64,000 bases of DNA from Camelus ferus (Eukaryota), in the NCBI RefSeq assembly GCF_009834535.1, contig NC_045696.1, positions 103,170,001-103,234,000 on the forward strand, in the 5' to 3' direction. How positions within the stretch are numbered: position 1 is the stretch's first letter; each line of letters begins with the position of its first letter. The notes beneath the pieces are model-generated. The model was not told where the DNA came from. It saw nothing but the letters and a program-made list of their open reading frames with translations, and searched no databases. Shown here one piece after another: positions 1 through 12,750 of this stretch. Position numbers and translations under genes: made by a program.

Positions 1-575
1 GTGCCACTGAACCCATAGGATATTTCCTCAGTATTGAAGCAAAGCAAGCTGACAACTCTAGACAGATAAGCAATAAAAGTGGTTTCTTTTTGTTCCTTCT
101 CTTTTTTTTTAATCTATTATTCTAAAGGTCAAGATTGAAGATAGATTAAAATAGGAGAGAGCTCCATAATGACTAGGTAGTGTCAGGCATTCATCTGACC
201 TTTTCCCCTTGTAGACCTATTCGGAATAGGGCCTGAGAGCAATAGGAGATGTGCCCTCTCTGGGGAGGATGGAAGAGGTAGAGGCTGTTTTTATCTCATG
301 ATGCTCTTGAGGAGACTAGCTCCACTGATAGATTGGGAAACTTACAATTTTTCTTTTTTTGGATGAGGCAGACTCAAACTATCTTAGAGTTTAGAAATAT
401 GCCCACTCAACTGTTGAATCTGCTGTGGACTTTCTGTGAAACCACGGACTATATTGAAGAGCAGACTCCCACAAATTCTTTATATTTCTACATAACTAGA
501 GCAGTTACTCAGTTTAAACCTTCCTCTACTCACTGAAACATTATTTCTAAATATCCTTCAGTAAGGTTTTTATTT

Positions 576-612
<37 letters not shown>

Positions 613-2850
613 TGAGCAAATTAAGTGAATTTTAAAGATTGGTCCTTCCAGTTTCATTGTTCCTTTTCACCATTCCCTACATTACCTGGTCATTACCTGA
701 GTTTTATAATTTAACAGCTAGAATGTGTTGATTGACTTAAACATGTAGATACAAGTCTTAAACATCTGAGACTCAGTTGCATGAGAAATTAATTTTACCT
801 CTGTGTATGCCTTGGTTTCAATTTAAGACTTTCATTGCTTTTCAGAGGCATAGGTAGTTCTTTTAGAAACTGATAAGGAGATCTGATTTTTCCTGTTGGT
901 GGGAGAGATGAAGAACTCTTGATGCAAGTTTTTTTGTTTATTTCCTCTTTTATGATCAGGCACTTGCTTTGGTTTTAGACTGATATTTTTCCAACTAATC
1001 TAGAGTCTTGGAGGGGGCAGAAGGGGAGGTAATTGGAAGAAGGAACCAGTTAAATAAGACCTATCCAGTCACTGCATTTTTCAGACTATAATATATCTTT
1101 CTAGCTCAAGGAAATAGATAAGCTACATGTCTTTTTTAGTCACTCACTTTTAAATTATCTGTTTGTATTAATAAATCGTACATTTTCATAGTGATTGTCT
1201 AATTTTTACCTGTAAGGTGTCTAGGACTGCCCAGCTCTCCACTGAACTTAGTTCTAATATGCTTCATCTCATTATTCAAAGCCTCTTTTTTAAAGCAACT
1301 GTGTACATACAGTTTTCCAGCTTTTTGAGCTTGCTATATTTCTTAATACTGTCTTTCTTCCAAATTGTGTTTCTGCTATGGAGGAGAATTAATTTATTGG
1401 AGAGAAATGACTGACAGGCATCCTCTAGGTTTAAAAAAAAACAAAAAAACAAAAATAAAAAAAAAAATACACAAGTTCCCTTATCATTTCTTTCTAGAGG
1501 TAGTGATAGAACTCCAACTGGCAATGTTCTTCACGTACATTTTGTAAGCTTTGTCAGTGAAGCAATCATTTTTGTAGGAGCTTCCTTTCTTAGGCAGGAC
1601 ATAGCTTAAAATTTCAGAAACGAGTATGTTTCAGGCTGACCTGGTTCGTATTTCTGTCAGACCTCTACATCTCCTGCTAGGGAAGCAGTCAGAGACAGTG
1701 CTGAAACGGACAGCAGCAGGGCCGAGCCAGCAGGCAGGCGGGAGTTCCACTGAGTTAACAACTCCAACACCACTCATCCTTCTTTTAGAGAGAGGAAAAA
1801 AAGGTACAAAATAATTTTTGTAGTTAAGAATGTCAGCAATCCATAGCTGCTTTTGTGTTTTTGTCTGTATGTCAGTGAACCAACAATAATGCCTTGCTCA
1901 ATCACTGCATTCAGCCATCTTAAGTGCAATTTGTGATGGAGACTCTGGTTTCCAGTAGATAAAGTTTTACATAGGTAAATCTATAAAAATTATTTTTTTT
2001 CCAACAGTACACCTATTGCTATGGATTATTTCAGCAATGGGTACACTATTAAATTGCCTAGGCCAAATAATTAAATTTCTGTAAATATTTTAGTAATTTG
2101 AGCCAAATCCTCATACTGTTTTCTCATGAAATAATAGGAGTGAGAATTTGGTCCACAGTTTTAAGTTCTTTTATTCCTTTCTTTCCCTTAGAGTTAAAGG
2201 ACTTTTTTGTTTGTTTTGAGTTTTGGGGTTTTGGTTTTTTTTGTTTTTTTTTTTGCCTCAGTCTCTTACATTTTCTTTTGCCTGCACCCAGTTGCTTCTT
2301 TGAGTGTTTTCATCTATTTTGATATATGACTGATGATAGCATACTGTATCATCAAAATGTTCAACATTTTGTTCATTTAAACAATATAATTAATTATAAT
2401 TCATACATATATATATATATATCTTAATTCCTTTCTTCACAACTATTTTATAAGTAACTGGAATTTTTCATTAGATCTTATACAGAGCAGTATTTTATTA
2501 AAAATTCAAAAGGGAAGACTTTTACGTGCTCACTTTGTAGTTTTTGTTTTTTAAATATCTTTACATTGTCTGCAATTAAAGTGTTTTAAACTTGCATTGG
2601 AATGGACTCTGAATGTATTTTTGTGTTAAGCTGTACATTTGTAGATTTCTAGCATGAAGTTAGCCTCAAAATGTTGTGCAAAAGGATTTTAAAATATGAG
2701 TCACTGAAAGAGTTTAAACATCTATACATGTTAAATGCTATATGGATTTTAATTAAATCACTTGAGAATGATTTCATAAACTGTTTGTTCTTGTATATCT
2801 GCAGTGATATTAAAAGTGGAAACGTCACAGTAGTCACTTAAACCCCATAT
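1..2850 (+). other. Probable distal 3' UTR of the upstream gene (likely XRN1)
   Basis: About 2.9 kb AT/U-rich with no recognisable interspersed repeat and no credible ORF. ATTAAA at 2575-2580 is followed by a GT-rich tract, and a second ATTAAA lies at 2809-2814. The XRN1 identity rests only on recalled mammalian synteny (XRN1 upstream of GK5, same strand). Confidence 0.45.
573..612. repeat. (TTTTG)n-type simple repeat
   Basis: Directly visible tttttg/ttttg units. Confidence 0.85.
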
Positions 2851-2894
2851 CCTTTTATATCAGTATTTTGAGTCTATGTCATTTAGTATAAACT

Positions 2895-3125
2895 AGGCAG
2901 CATGATTAGTGGAAAAAGTCCAAATTGTAGATTCAGATGGCCACTGTTCAGATCCTAGCTCTACTTCTAATCCTAAATAAGTCATTATCATATTAGGATT
3001 GGCGAATTACATAAGGCCTGAGCCTCAGTTTCTTCATCTCCTAAAGGAAGAAAACAACAGCCCTTGTTTGGTTGATATGTTTAAAGCACTAGATACTTGA
3101 TAGGTGCATTATAAATGTTAGTAAA
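2895..3125 (+). mobile_element. MIR SINE remnant
   Basis: MIR-like head and core motif cctcagtttcttcatct. Confidence 0.7.
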
Positions 3126-3789
3126 AAGGATTTGTCACATGTACCTAAATGCACAGAGCCTTCTGGATGGTGCCAAACACCTCTATGCTTTTCCAGCTGA
3201 GTCACACTATCCAGTGTCCAGTTCAGAGTCCCCATACCTCACTTGGGCATCTGGGAGACTCTTCTCTTTCTGTTTTTCCTTTTCCCAGCCATGGATCCCC
3301 TCTATCTTTTCTACCAAGGGAAAGGGTCTTAAAGAGCCAGATTGGAAGAGGCTTTAATTCCTACCCGTAAGACTGGGGAATCTACAAAACTAACATCTTG
3401 CTAATACTGGCCATGTCTCCCAGTATAACTCTGATGCATTATGATACATACTGCCAAAATATCTGTATGGTAGGGGAGGAGGTGGAAGAAAGGGGTTAGG
3501 AGGAAAGAAAATGTCTTCCTGCTAGATCTGCTTCCAGCTCTGTTTACTCAGACAAACCTGAGACTGTCTCTCCTGTTGTACTTTACTCCAGACCCCAAGG
3601 AGTGGTCACATTCTGACATGGTGTTTGGCCACCTCGATCCAGCAGGAGGCACGCAGTGTAGGAATGCCATTGGAGACTGAGCTAGCTGTTTTCCACTTCA
3701 TTCCCCAGACTGCCAGCTCCCCACACTGACATCCTCAACAATCACCCCTCTCCACCCCATCCCTGTAGCATCATTTGGCTCCCCCAATC

Positions 3790-4145
3790 TTGGTGTCAAG
3801 TTTTTGTCTTGAAAATCAACACTAAACAAACCAAGACCCACTCAAGCTAGATTAAGAAAAGAGAATTTATTCTAAGAATGTGGGGCAATCTCAAGAGAAT
3901 CCAATCCAGGAAGTCCGGTCAGGCTTCTCAGAAACTGAACCTTAAGAGTATTACCTTCCAGTTCACTGTCTCCTTTCTGTGTGGCTGTCAGCCCTATGGC
4001 ATCTGTGACCTTATCGTTCAGGTCTTTGCTCCAACATCTGTAGTTGGGGGCAGTGGGGCAGGTCACCTTGAGGGGCTGCCTCTACTGGACTGTGGATTGA
4101 TAAGGAAATGCAGACCTCTCAAAGGCAGGCTCTTAAGCAACAACC
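3790..4145 (-). mobile_element. Old MaLR (MLT1-type) LTR remnant
   Basis: cccactcaagctagattaagaaaagagaatttatt resembles the reverse complement of an MLT1 3' end. Confidence 0.5.
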
Positions 4146-4332
4146 ACATTCTGGGCCAGCAGTCAGTCCTTACAGTTTATACATAAAAGAAGGCCTGCAA
4201 AACAGCTTTTCCCTAATGTTAACCAAAGCTTACTGTCTACAGTGTGCCTGCAAACTGCCCTCATGAAAGGGCAGTACCAGTTATACTCCTTCAACTTGGA
4301 AAATGGTTGCCTTTAGAATTTTCCAGTACTTT

Positions 4333-4488
4333 TTTTTTTAGTGTATTTATTTTATTATTTTGCAGGGAGGAGGATGGAGGTAATTAGGTTTACTTATTAA
4401 CTTTTAGAGGAGGTGCTGGGGATTGAACTCAGGACCTTATTTATGCCAGCTAAACATATGCTCTTCCACTTGAGCTATACCATCCCCC
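4333..4488 (-). mobile_element. tRNA-derived camelid SINE (Vic-1-like)
   Basis: Minus strand reads ggggatggtatagctcaagtgg (A box) ... gagttcaatcccc (B box) then an A-rich tail. 12-bp TSD ttccagtacttt at 4321-4332 and 4489-4500. Confidence 0.9.
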
Positions 4489-4589
4489 TTCCAGTACTTT
4501 CTGAAGTCCCTGATTCCTACAGTTGTAGGAGTCTTAGACACATTTCACTGAGTTCCTAAATATAGGAGCCATAAATAAATATACTTACT

Positions 4590-5185
4590 AATTATTAAAC
4601 GCTCATTACATATTTAATATCCTAGGCCACTGTGCTAAGTGGTTCACATAGATTATCTCCTTTAATGCTCAAAACCCTACCATGTAGGCAGGTTTCGCCT
4701 ACACAGTAGCCTGACACCAAATCCTACACTCTTAGCTACTTGGCTATACTCTATAAAGTTTAGGCTTTATAATCTAGTTTTTATATCAACACTATCTAGT
4801 TAGTTTTTGTTATGAATATGTTCTTTTATTCATTTCATTTGCTATTGACTGGTATATTTTAAGGGCTTAGCACAAGCATAGGGGTTATAAATTTGAATAA
4901 GAACTAGTCTTGACCATCCATAAAGTCTAGCAGAGAAGGGACAAGTAAACCACCAAGCACAAAAGCAGTATAACAAGGACACAAGAAAGGGATACCTCAC
5001 AGCTGGGGAAGTATCAGGGTCTCTTTTCTGAGGGAGCCGAGCCTTATAGGACCCAAATGCGGGAAGGAGACTGATCAGGGCAGAATTATATATGGTGCAG
5101 GTCAGAGGTAAAATGGAGATGAAGGTAGACATAGACCATAAGGAATACTGCAGACCATGCTAAAGTGTTCGGATGTCATCCTAAA
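4590..5185. mobile_element. MIR fragment followed by L2 3' fragment
   Basis: cactgtgctaagtggttcacatagattatctcctttaat (MIR) and tttattcatttcatt... (L2 3' end pattern). Confidence 0.5.
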
Positions 5186-5189
5186 AGCT

Positions 5190-5640
5190 CAGTCAAAACT
5201 TTTTTGTTTGGATGTAACAAAATCCCACTTAAACTAGCTCAAGAAAAAACAAAATGAGGTAAGGAGTAGAAGATTTATCATACAGATGCAGGAAAATCAC
5301 CTAGAATCCAGAAAATGGAAATGCAGCCGAGCTTCAAAGAAGCCTGAACCAAGACCCAGAAAGCTACCAGAAACAGGTATCTACCAGAAACAGATATCTT
5401 ACCTTCTCTAGTATACCTTTCTGTTTAACACTCAAGGCTTCCAAATTCTTGTTATACAGTTCCAGCAGCCAGCCTAGGACTAGCATCTCTCCATCTCAAC
5501 TCCACATGGGCTAGGTTTGTATCAGATGTTCCCTTTGTGTAGGCAAGTAAGGTCAACTAATATAAATGAGGCTGCTGAGGCCCATTCATGTGAAGTGATG
5601 TTCTTAAGAGGAAGAAGGGTCAGGATGGGAAGACATCCTC
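5190..5640 (-). mobile_element. Old MaLR (MLT1-type) LTR remnant with an internal 17-bp tandem duplication
   Basis: gtaacaaaatcccacttaaactagctcaag motif. ctaccagaaacag(g/a)tat occurs twice at 5364-5397. Confidence 0.5.
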
Positions 5641-5699
5641 TATGTGCTCTTCTTATACGAGCTATTACATGATTTTAAGAAGGGGGCTATTTGCTTTCA

Positions 5700-7750
5700 A
5701 AATGAAAACTGATGGCATTGTAGACAATAGAGAAAGTGGAAATCATAGACAAACAGAGCAATCATCCAAGTAAGAATGATGCAACTGCACTCTTAGAAGC
5801 TACTATACTGTTCAGTATGTTGGATATCAAAAAGAAGCAAGAAATATGGAATCAGAGTTTCCAGGATCAGCTTTTCAGGCTGACCATTTTACCAGAGATC
5901 CTCTGGTACATTGCAATTCATGGCATACTTGATCTAGAAACAACAACAGAAGAACTCCAGGCCTTCCTGAGGAGAATTATTTTCTCCCACATTCTCTTCA
6001 TGTAAGACCTTCTCAGTCTCTTTGTTGTCTAAGGAATATGAGTTCTTTCCAAGATGTCTTTCTCAGGCTTGTGACACTTCCTCGAATGTCAAACAAATAT
6101 TGACTGCTGCAACTATATTCATGGATTATCAGGAGCACAAACGCCTATTTCTTACCCAAAATATATCACATGGAGTCAGAGCTATCCTTAACCACAAAAT
6201 CTTGAATGGCAGTAGGTACCCTTTGCTTCTTATATTAGAACATCATGTTCTACAAAAGACAACAGGGCACAGACTGTTGGAGACATCTCTCGCTTGATGG
6301 CCAAGGCTGGGAATTTCTCCGCTACGTTTGTTGCAGACAATTTGTATTGCTCCCAGGCACAACTCACACCGTCAATTATGTCTCCATGAATCTAGCACTC
6401 AAAGTTTGTGCTGCAGGCTCAGTGATAAGAAGTTACTACTGATGGGCTATCCACTAGGTACCGTTCACGTTATATCACACTTCCAGTCTTCAAAACGTTT
6501 ATAATAATATGAAAATAGTATTAAATCATTTCACAAATGAGGAAAGTAAGACACAAAAGCGGTTAACTTGCCCAGAGATGCAACACGGAGACATGGAGCT
6601 GAGCTGAAATTCAGAAGAGATCTGTTGAATTCCCAAATCCATGTTCTAGTTTACTTTCTCTTCTTAAATTAATTTTTAATTGTATAAGTAATACATGGCT
6701 ACATTTCCCACAAATTTTGAAAGCATGACATGTAAGAGTAAAATCTTTTGACCACCTTCTAGAGGTCATCTCTGTGAGCATATGGTGTGTGTCCTTCCAG
6801 CCTTTTTTAATGTTGATGCTGCACATATTATCTGCACATATAACTACTTACAATTTTTTTGTTTTTATTTTACATAGATGGCATCATGCTTTATGCATCA
6901 TTCTGAAACTCGCCTGTTTCCCTCAACAAATATCTCTGAGCCTTGATATGCTCCACTACTCATGCTGTTCCCCCTCCTAAGTCCACCTGCTTCCCTGAAC
7001 ACCTGGCAGAACAGGAGCTAGTGCTAAAGATCTTGGCTGATCACCACTGATAGCACCAGACACTTTAATGGAATTTTTTTCTTTTTTCCAACATTTCATT
7101 ATGAAAATGTTCTAACAGACAGCAAAGTTTAAAATACTGTATAGTGACCATCCACTTACCCAATACCTAGATTCTACCATTAACATTTTACTCTACTGGC
7201 TTTATTACATATCCATCCATCCACATTAGCAGCGCTCTCTGAAGCACCTTGTTGAGCCATCAGCTCTGCACAAGTTGTCAAATGACCAACATGGTGCCTC
7301 GCTGGATGAGTGGGGAGCAGTGGTCAGAGCACCTGTGGGACCCAAACAGTTTGTCAGATGTCAGCAGAGTTCTCTATCCTGTTCTTTTATGGAAAAACTA
7401 CATACTGTGCAGGACATCCAAGACTATTTGACTGAAAGAATCATTCAGAATGGCCTAGAATTGTACTTAGGGTAGAAAAGGCCATAAGAGAATGGAATGC
7501 TGTCCTGGGTCCCTGTTTTTCTGAAGGGCAGCACCAAGAGTTTCATCAATGAAGAAAACTTCAAGGAAGCCATCATGGTGGAGAGCTTCCCCAAATCAGT
7601 CCAGGTCTTTCCCTTTCCAGTTCAAACCTCTGGAGCAACAACAGCCCTAAGACAACTGTTTGCAGCACCAGGATGAATCACCATCTAAGACAATCATGGC
7701 AGGAATCACCATCTAAGACAAAAAGCCTATCTTTATTTCATTTGATATGA
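5700..7750 (+). mobile_element. Degraded hAT (Charlie/Buster-type) transposase relic interrupted by MIR and L1 fragments
   Basis: Colinear degenerate motifs across frames: DTSSNVKQ, KTTG, GWEFLRYVC, TH..LALK, RWMS, KL..DI..YL.E. Recognised by eye only. Confidence 0.5.
6500..6650 (-). mobile_element. MIR SINE remnant
   Basis: catttcacaaatgaggaaagtaagacacaaaagcggttaacttgccca. Confidence 0.7.
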
Positions 7751-8541
7751 GGAAATTTGGTCGAGGTCCTTATTGTGCTTAAACCTACAGTTGGACAGAC
7801 TGTGATGACAGCACGATCTCGGGGTACAAACTTCACCTTTTTTTAAGGAATGTGGCCAAGAGTAAATGAATGAATCAAAATCAATGTTGGTTTTTTTTAA
7901 ATAGAGCATTATCTCAAAGCTGGCTTTGACTACCTGCAGCAAAATGTACTGAGCATACAGTATTCTGGTGGCAGCTTTGTCTGCAGGGATCTTGAGTTAG
8001 GTTTCTTCCAGGAGTGTGTTCCCACTCCTGTGACCTGGGTCATTGGGCCTGTGACCTGTGAGAACAGACAGGCCAGTAGGGCATCCCCACACATAGCTGA
8101 GGCAGAGGTGTTCCTCGAAGAATGCAAGGGGTGATATGGTACCAGAAGAGGTGCGCTTTCTGGCAGAGGGAGAGAACTTAGTGGCGGAAGTACCAGCAGG
8201 GCCCAGGGGTAGATTTAGTGGGGCTGGCAGTGCAGAAGGGAGAACGTGTGACACTGCTTGAAGGAGATGCTCCGATACAGTTCCACAAGTATCAGCCTAG
8301 GGCCTGCTCTGTGCTGGGCGCTGTCCAGGAAAGAATGCCAAAGGAGGGAAAAGAGAGGCCAGGACAGAGCCAGCCTTCAGACTTTATTCCTTTCACAAAG
8401 AGGCAACTGTGTGTCACCCAATGCTCCTCCCTCATTCAGGACCCTCAAGGGCAGTTTTCTTTCTCCCTCCTTTAGTCAGAAACATTTAAAAGTAAGCTGA
8501 CATGATTTCCAGGCCAAGAGGGACTTTTGACAGGGAATTTT

Positions 8542-9368
8542 TTTTTACATTTTTTTATTGAGTTATAGTCATTTCAGAATGTTGTGTCAAATTCCAGTGT
8601 AGAGAACAATTTTTCAATTATACATGAACATACATATATTCGTTGTCACAATTTTTTTCTCTGTGAGCTACAAGATCCTTGTATATATTTCCCTGTGCTA
8701 TACAGTATAATCTTGTTTATCTATTCTACATATGCCTGTCAGTATCTACAAATTTTGAACTCCCAGTCTGTCCCTTCCCACCCCCCGCCCCCTTGGCAAC
8801 AAGTTTGTATTCTATGTCTATGAGTCTGTTTCTATTTTGTATTTATGTTCCTTTTTTTAGATTCCACATATGAGCAATCTCATATGGTATTTTTCTTTCT
8901 CTTTCTGGCTTGCTTCACCTAGAATGACATTCTCCAAGGCCATCCATGTTGCTGCAAATGGTATTTTATTATTTTTGTGGCTGAGTAGTATTCCATTGTA
9001 TAAATATACCACATCTTCTTTAGCCAGTCATCTGTTGATGGACATTTAGGCTGTTTCCATGCCTTGGCTATTGTAAATAGTGCTGCTATGAACATTGGGG
9101 TGCAGGTGTCTTTTTGAAGTAGGGTTCCTTCTGGATATATGCCCAGGAGCGGGATTCCTGGGTCATATGGTAAGTCTACCTGGTCTTTTGAGGAATTTCT
9201 ATACTGTTTTCCACAGTGGGTGCACCAAACTGCATTCCCACCAGCAGGGTAGGAGGGTTCCCTTTTCTCCAGAGCCTCTCCAGCATTTGTCATTTGTGGA
9301 CTTTTAAATAATGGCCATTCTGACTGGTATGAGGTGATAGCTCATCGTAGTTTTGATTTGCATTTCTC
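8542..9368 (-). mobile_element. 5'-truncated, relatively young L1 (ORF2 C-terminus plus 3' UTR)
   Basis: ORF 8919..9293 encodes the L1 ORF2 C-terminus ([15 protein letters not shown]...[23 protein letters not shown]). Perfect 15-bp TSD ttgacagggaatttt at 8527-8541 and 9369-9383. Confidence 0.95.
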
Positions 9369-10239
9369 TTGACAGGGAATTTTGCTCTCTTCCTTTGCTG
9401 GAAAATAATATTTTTTTTCTCTTCTGGGGAATGAGAGATGCTTACTTAAGAATAATAGATATTAGTCACAGCTCATTTGTTTCATGTATTCCTTTCTGAA
9501 AAGGAAAAAAAAAAAAAACCACTACAGGGTGATATCAGGGTCCTCATTAAGGGGACTTGACTGAAGGTACGAAGCAAAGCTCCAGTTAGCGGCATCAGAC
9601 AAATGCAGCGTCCATAGCAAGGAGCCCAGGAGCTAGAACCCGGCATCTGCACGCACTGCAGCAGAAGCGGCAAGACAAATTATCACAGCTTTTGTGATCT
9701 TTGTTTTTCTTTCTTAGGCTGTAGTCCACCACTCCTAGATAAATGCTTCCTGAATTCAATACACACAAACCACTTCCCCCCCTCAACAGCTTAATCAAAC
9801 ACCAGTGGGGTCTTAACCAATATCTCTGGGGTTATCAGATGATAATTTCCCAATTACACTTCCTTAGCGCCACTGAGTGAAGGAAGTCATTTTTTGGCTG
9901 AAATGTCATCATGTGCTATGTCTACATGTATTATTAACAAATACTAGAAGTTGCAACCATGAGTCATCTTTGATTCCACCTTTTCTTCACCCTCACATGC
10001 AGCTCGCAAGTCCTGGTGCAGCGTCATCTCCTACATCTGCCCTGTTCTCTCCATCCTCACGGTTATTACTTAATGCAGGGCCTCTTCTTCTCAAACTTAG
10101 CCTATTGCAATGGTCCTCTTTTTTCCTACTTCCAGACTTCAGTCCATGAGAACAGCAATCGTAAAGACTGTTTACAGACCATGAGCTTTGTAACATTCTG
10201 CTATTTAATTCTCACCACAGTGTTGTGAGAAAGGCATTA

Positions 10240-10460
10240 AAAATTTTTTTTCTTTTATTGTAATAAGAACACAACACAAGATCTACCCTGTTTACAAGTG
10301 TTAAGGGTACAGCACAGTATTGTTGACTAAGGGTGCAGTACTGCCCCACTGCTCTGTAGAACTTATTCATCTTAACTGAATTCATGTAGAACTTGACTAA
10401 AACTTTATGCTCTTTAATTAGTAACTCCCTCCCTCCAACCCCTGGCAACACCTCAGACTG
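10240..10460 (-). mobile_element. L1MA-type 3' end fragment
   Basis: T-tract then gtaataagaacacaacacaagatctaccct...cccctggcaacac. Confidence 0.7.
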
Positions 10461-10499
10461 AAGTTTTTTCTGAGATTTCCTCAGATTGATGTTTTCCTC

Positions 10500-12750
10500 A
10501 AGTACCCAGCAATGAATGGACATATGCTAGGACCCATCATCATGGCACACTAGGATCCTGGGTCCAAGAAGCTCTTGAAAGCTTTCAAGAAAAAAAAAAA
10601 TCACACATGAAGGATTGGGAACAATACTGACTGAGACTTCTCAAAGGCAGTGCCAGAAGCTGAAGAGTAACAGCACAATGGCTTCAAAATACTGAAAGGA
10701 TTTCTAACATAGAATTCATACCCAGTCAAAGTATCAATAAAATGTTCAGATATAATAAAGATGTTTTCTCACATAAAAGTCTCAAATCATTGAACTTTTG
10801 AGTGTCCTTTCTCAGAAAGGAACTAGAGGATATGCACTCACAACGTGAGAATGGAAGCCAAGACTGAAGATTTAAACCAGATGGAAAGAGAAGATCAGCT
10901 TCACTCAAGACAGTTTCCCCAGTGATAGCAAAGAGAGATCCCAGTGTGAAAGCTGTCCGTCAGGTCTAGAGGTTGACTAGTATGAACTGGAGAACATTAC
11001 AGCACACCATAAGAGATGGCTTTAAGAAAACAAAGCTGAGAAAATTCCTTAAGGGGAGATTTATAAAATTATAAAAGGTGTTTGGGTTGAACTGATAATA
11101 AGTTCCTAAAAAAAATTTTAAAAAACAAACAAAAAAATCAGATCAAATATTAACTCCAGAGAAAACAGAAAAGTTTTGCAGGAAAAGAAAATAATCATAA
11201 TATATGTCCGACAGAAAACAGCATAATTCAGGAGATCTTACTAAAGACACTAAAAATTTGTAAATGTGTAGGTAGATTTAAGAAAAATAAAAAGACTAAT
11301 GACAACGTAAGAATTGTTACCATTCCAGGTGAAAAGAACATGCCATTACTTGACTCCAGAGACTATCATTTAGAGAGAGTTGCCTGACAAGAGCCATGGG
11401 CTTTGTAGAACAAAGCAGCTACCCCATGGCAACCAAGCAGGGGGGAGCCAGGGGACAAATACTATGATCTCCTGTTCCTCCCTCCAGTGTCCTGCTGGTG
11501 CTTCCTATTGGTCAAGCCCAATAGTGTCAGCAAGGGGCAAGGGAGCCCTTTGATGGAGTCCATGAAGATCAGACTCCAAAGACCCAGCAGAATGGAGAAG
11601 GATGGAGAACTGAATCAGGAAAAGTAAACAGAAGAGAAACAGCATAGCATTGATACGCAGGGTCAACTGTGGATTTTCATATGGTTATAACAATGGAAAC
11701 ACCAATTAGTGATCTAAACAAAATCATAACTGTATTAGGAACGTGGAAAGGGTACACATACGTGGCAGTGGTGGTGTGTGTCCTCTTCCATAGTGAAAAT
11801 CAGTAGATCATACCCAAAACTGAAAAAACCAAGCATGTCACTACTAGTGGAAGGAAATGTGAAAAAATTTAATGTGACTGCCTATAATAAAATGAAATTA
11901 AAAAGGAATTAACTGAGATCTCTCACATCATTCTCAGTCCTAACACATGATTATAATTATGATTACTACTACTCCTGCTATTATTATCTGATGGTCCATA
12001 GGTGGAGAATGGGACACTTGACTAATGGAACCCCCCCACCTCAAGAACAATTCAGAAATTAAAAATCTAAAATTAGATTTCTCACCATCTCAAAACTATC
12101 ACTCCATGGATGACTCATTAAAGTATAAAGGGAAGAATGTACCTTGAGAGTGTGGAGAGTTGGCAGTCACTACTTTACGCAAGTGGTCAAGTGTGGAGGC
12201 TTTGCCAAGAGTAGTAGGGAAGGACTGACATTCTGTGTTTCTCGATGTGATTTGCCAGAAATGCTTGTCCTGACCCTACTAGAGGGTGTCAGACAACTGT
12301 GGGATTAATGGTACCAACCTAGGTCAGATAACTGGCCTGTTCTCTTCAAAGTTTGGGGACAGGAGATATTGGGAGATTCAAGAAAACTGCCAGTCAGATC
12401 ACAGTGTGTGAAGCTTGATTAGATCTAAGTTAGGAAAAAGGTAACATTTGTAAGGCATTTATGGAACAATGGGCATCTTTAAATATGGTGATTTTATGGA
12501 GTTAGTGTCAGTTTTCTCAGGTACAGCAATGATGCTGCAGTTATGTAGGAAGGAGACGCATGCTTAAAGTATTTAGGTGTGAAGTGTCGTATGTCTGCCT
12601 CGCACTTTCAGATGGTCTGGCACAAAGGAAGTGTAGAAAAGATGGAGAGTGGTCAGATGTCAACAACAGCCCTTTAGATAAGGACTTTTCTAGTGTGAAT
12701 ACCCGAATACTGTTCCTTTAACTCTTCTGCAGGTTCAAAGGAAAAGTTAA
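10500..12750 (+). mobile_element. Ancient L1 fragments (ORF1 region and L1ME-like 3' part)
   Basis: ttctaacatagaattcatacccagtcaaagtatcaat resembles the ORF1 PRILYP.KLS region. L1ME-like 3' UTR motifs at ~12100-12740. Confidence 0.5.
11330..11644 (-). mobile_element. LTR33-like ERVL LTR fragment
   Basis: cctgctggtgcttcctattggtcaagccc...aagggagccc resembles the LTR33 5' part in reverse. Confidence 0.6.
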
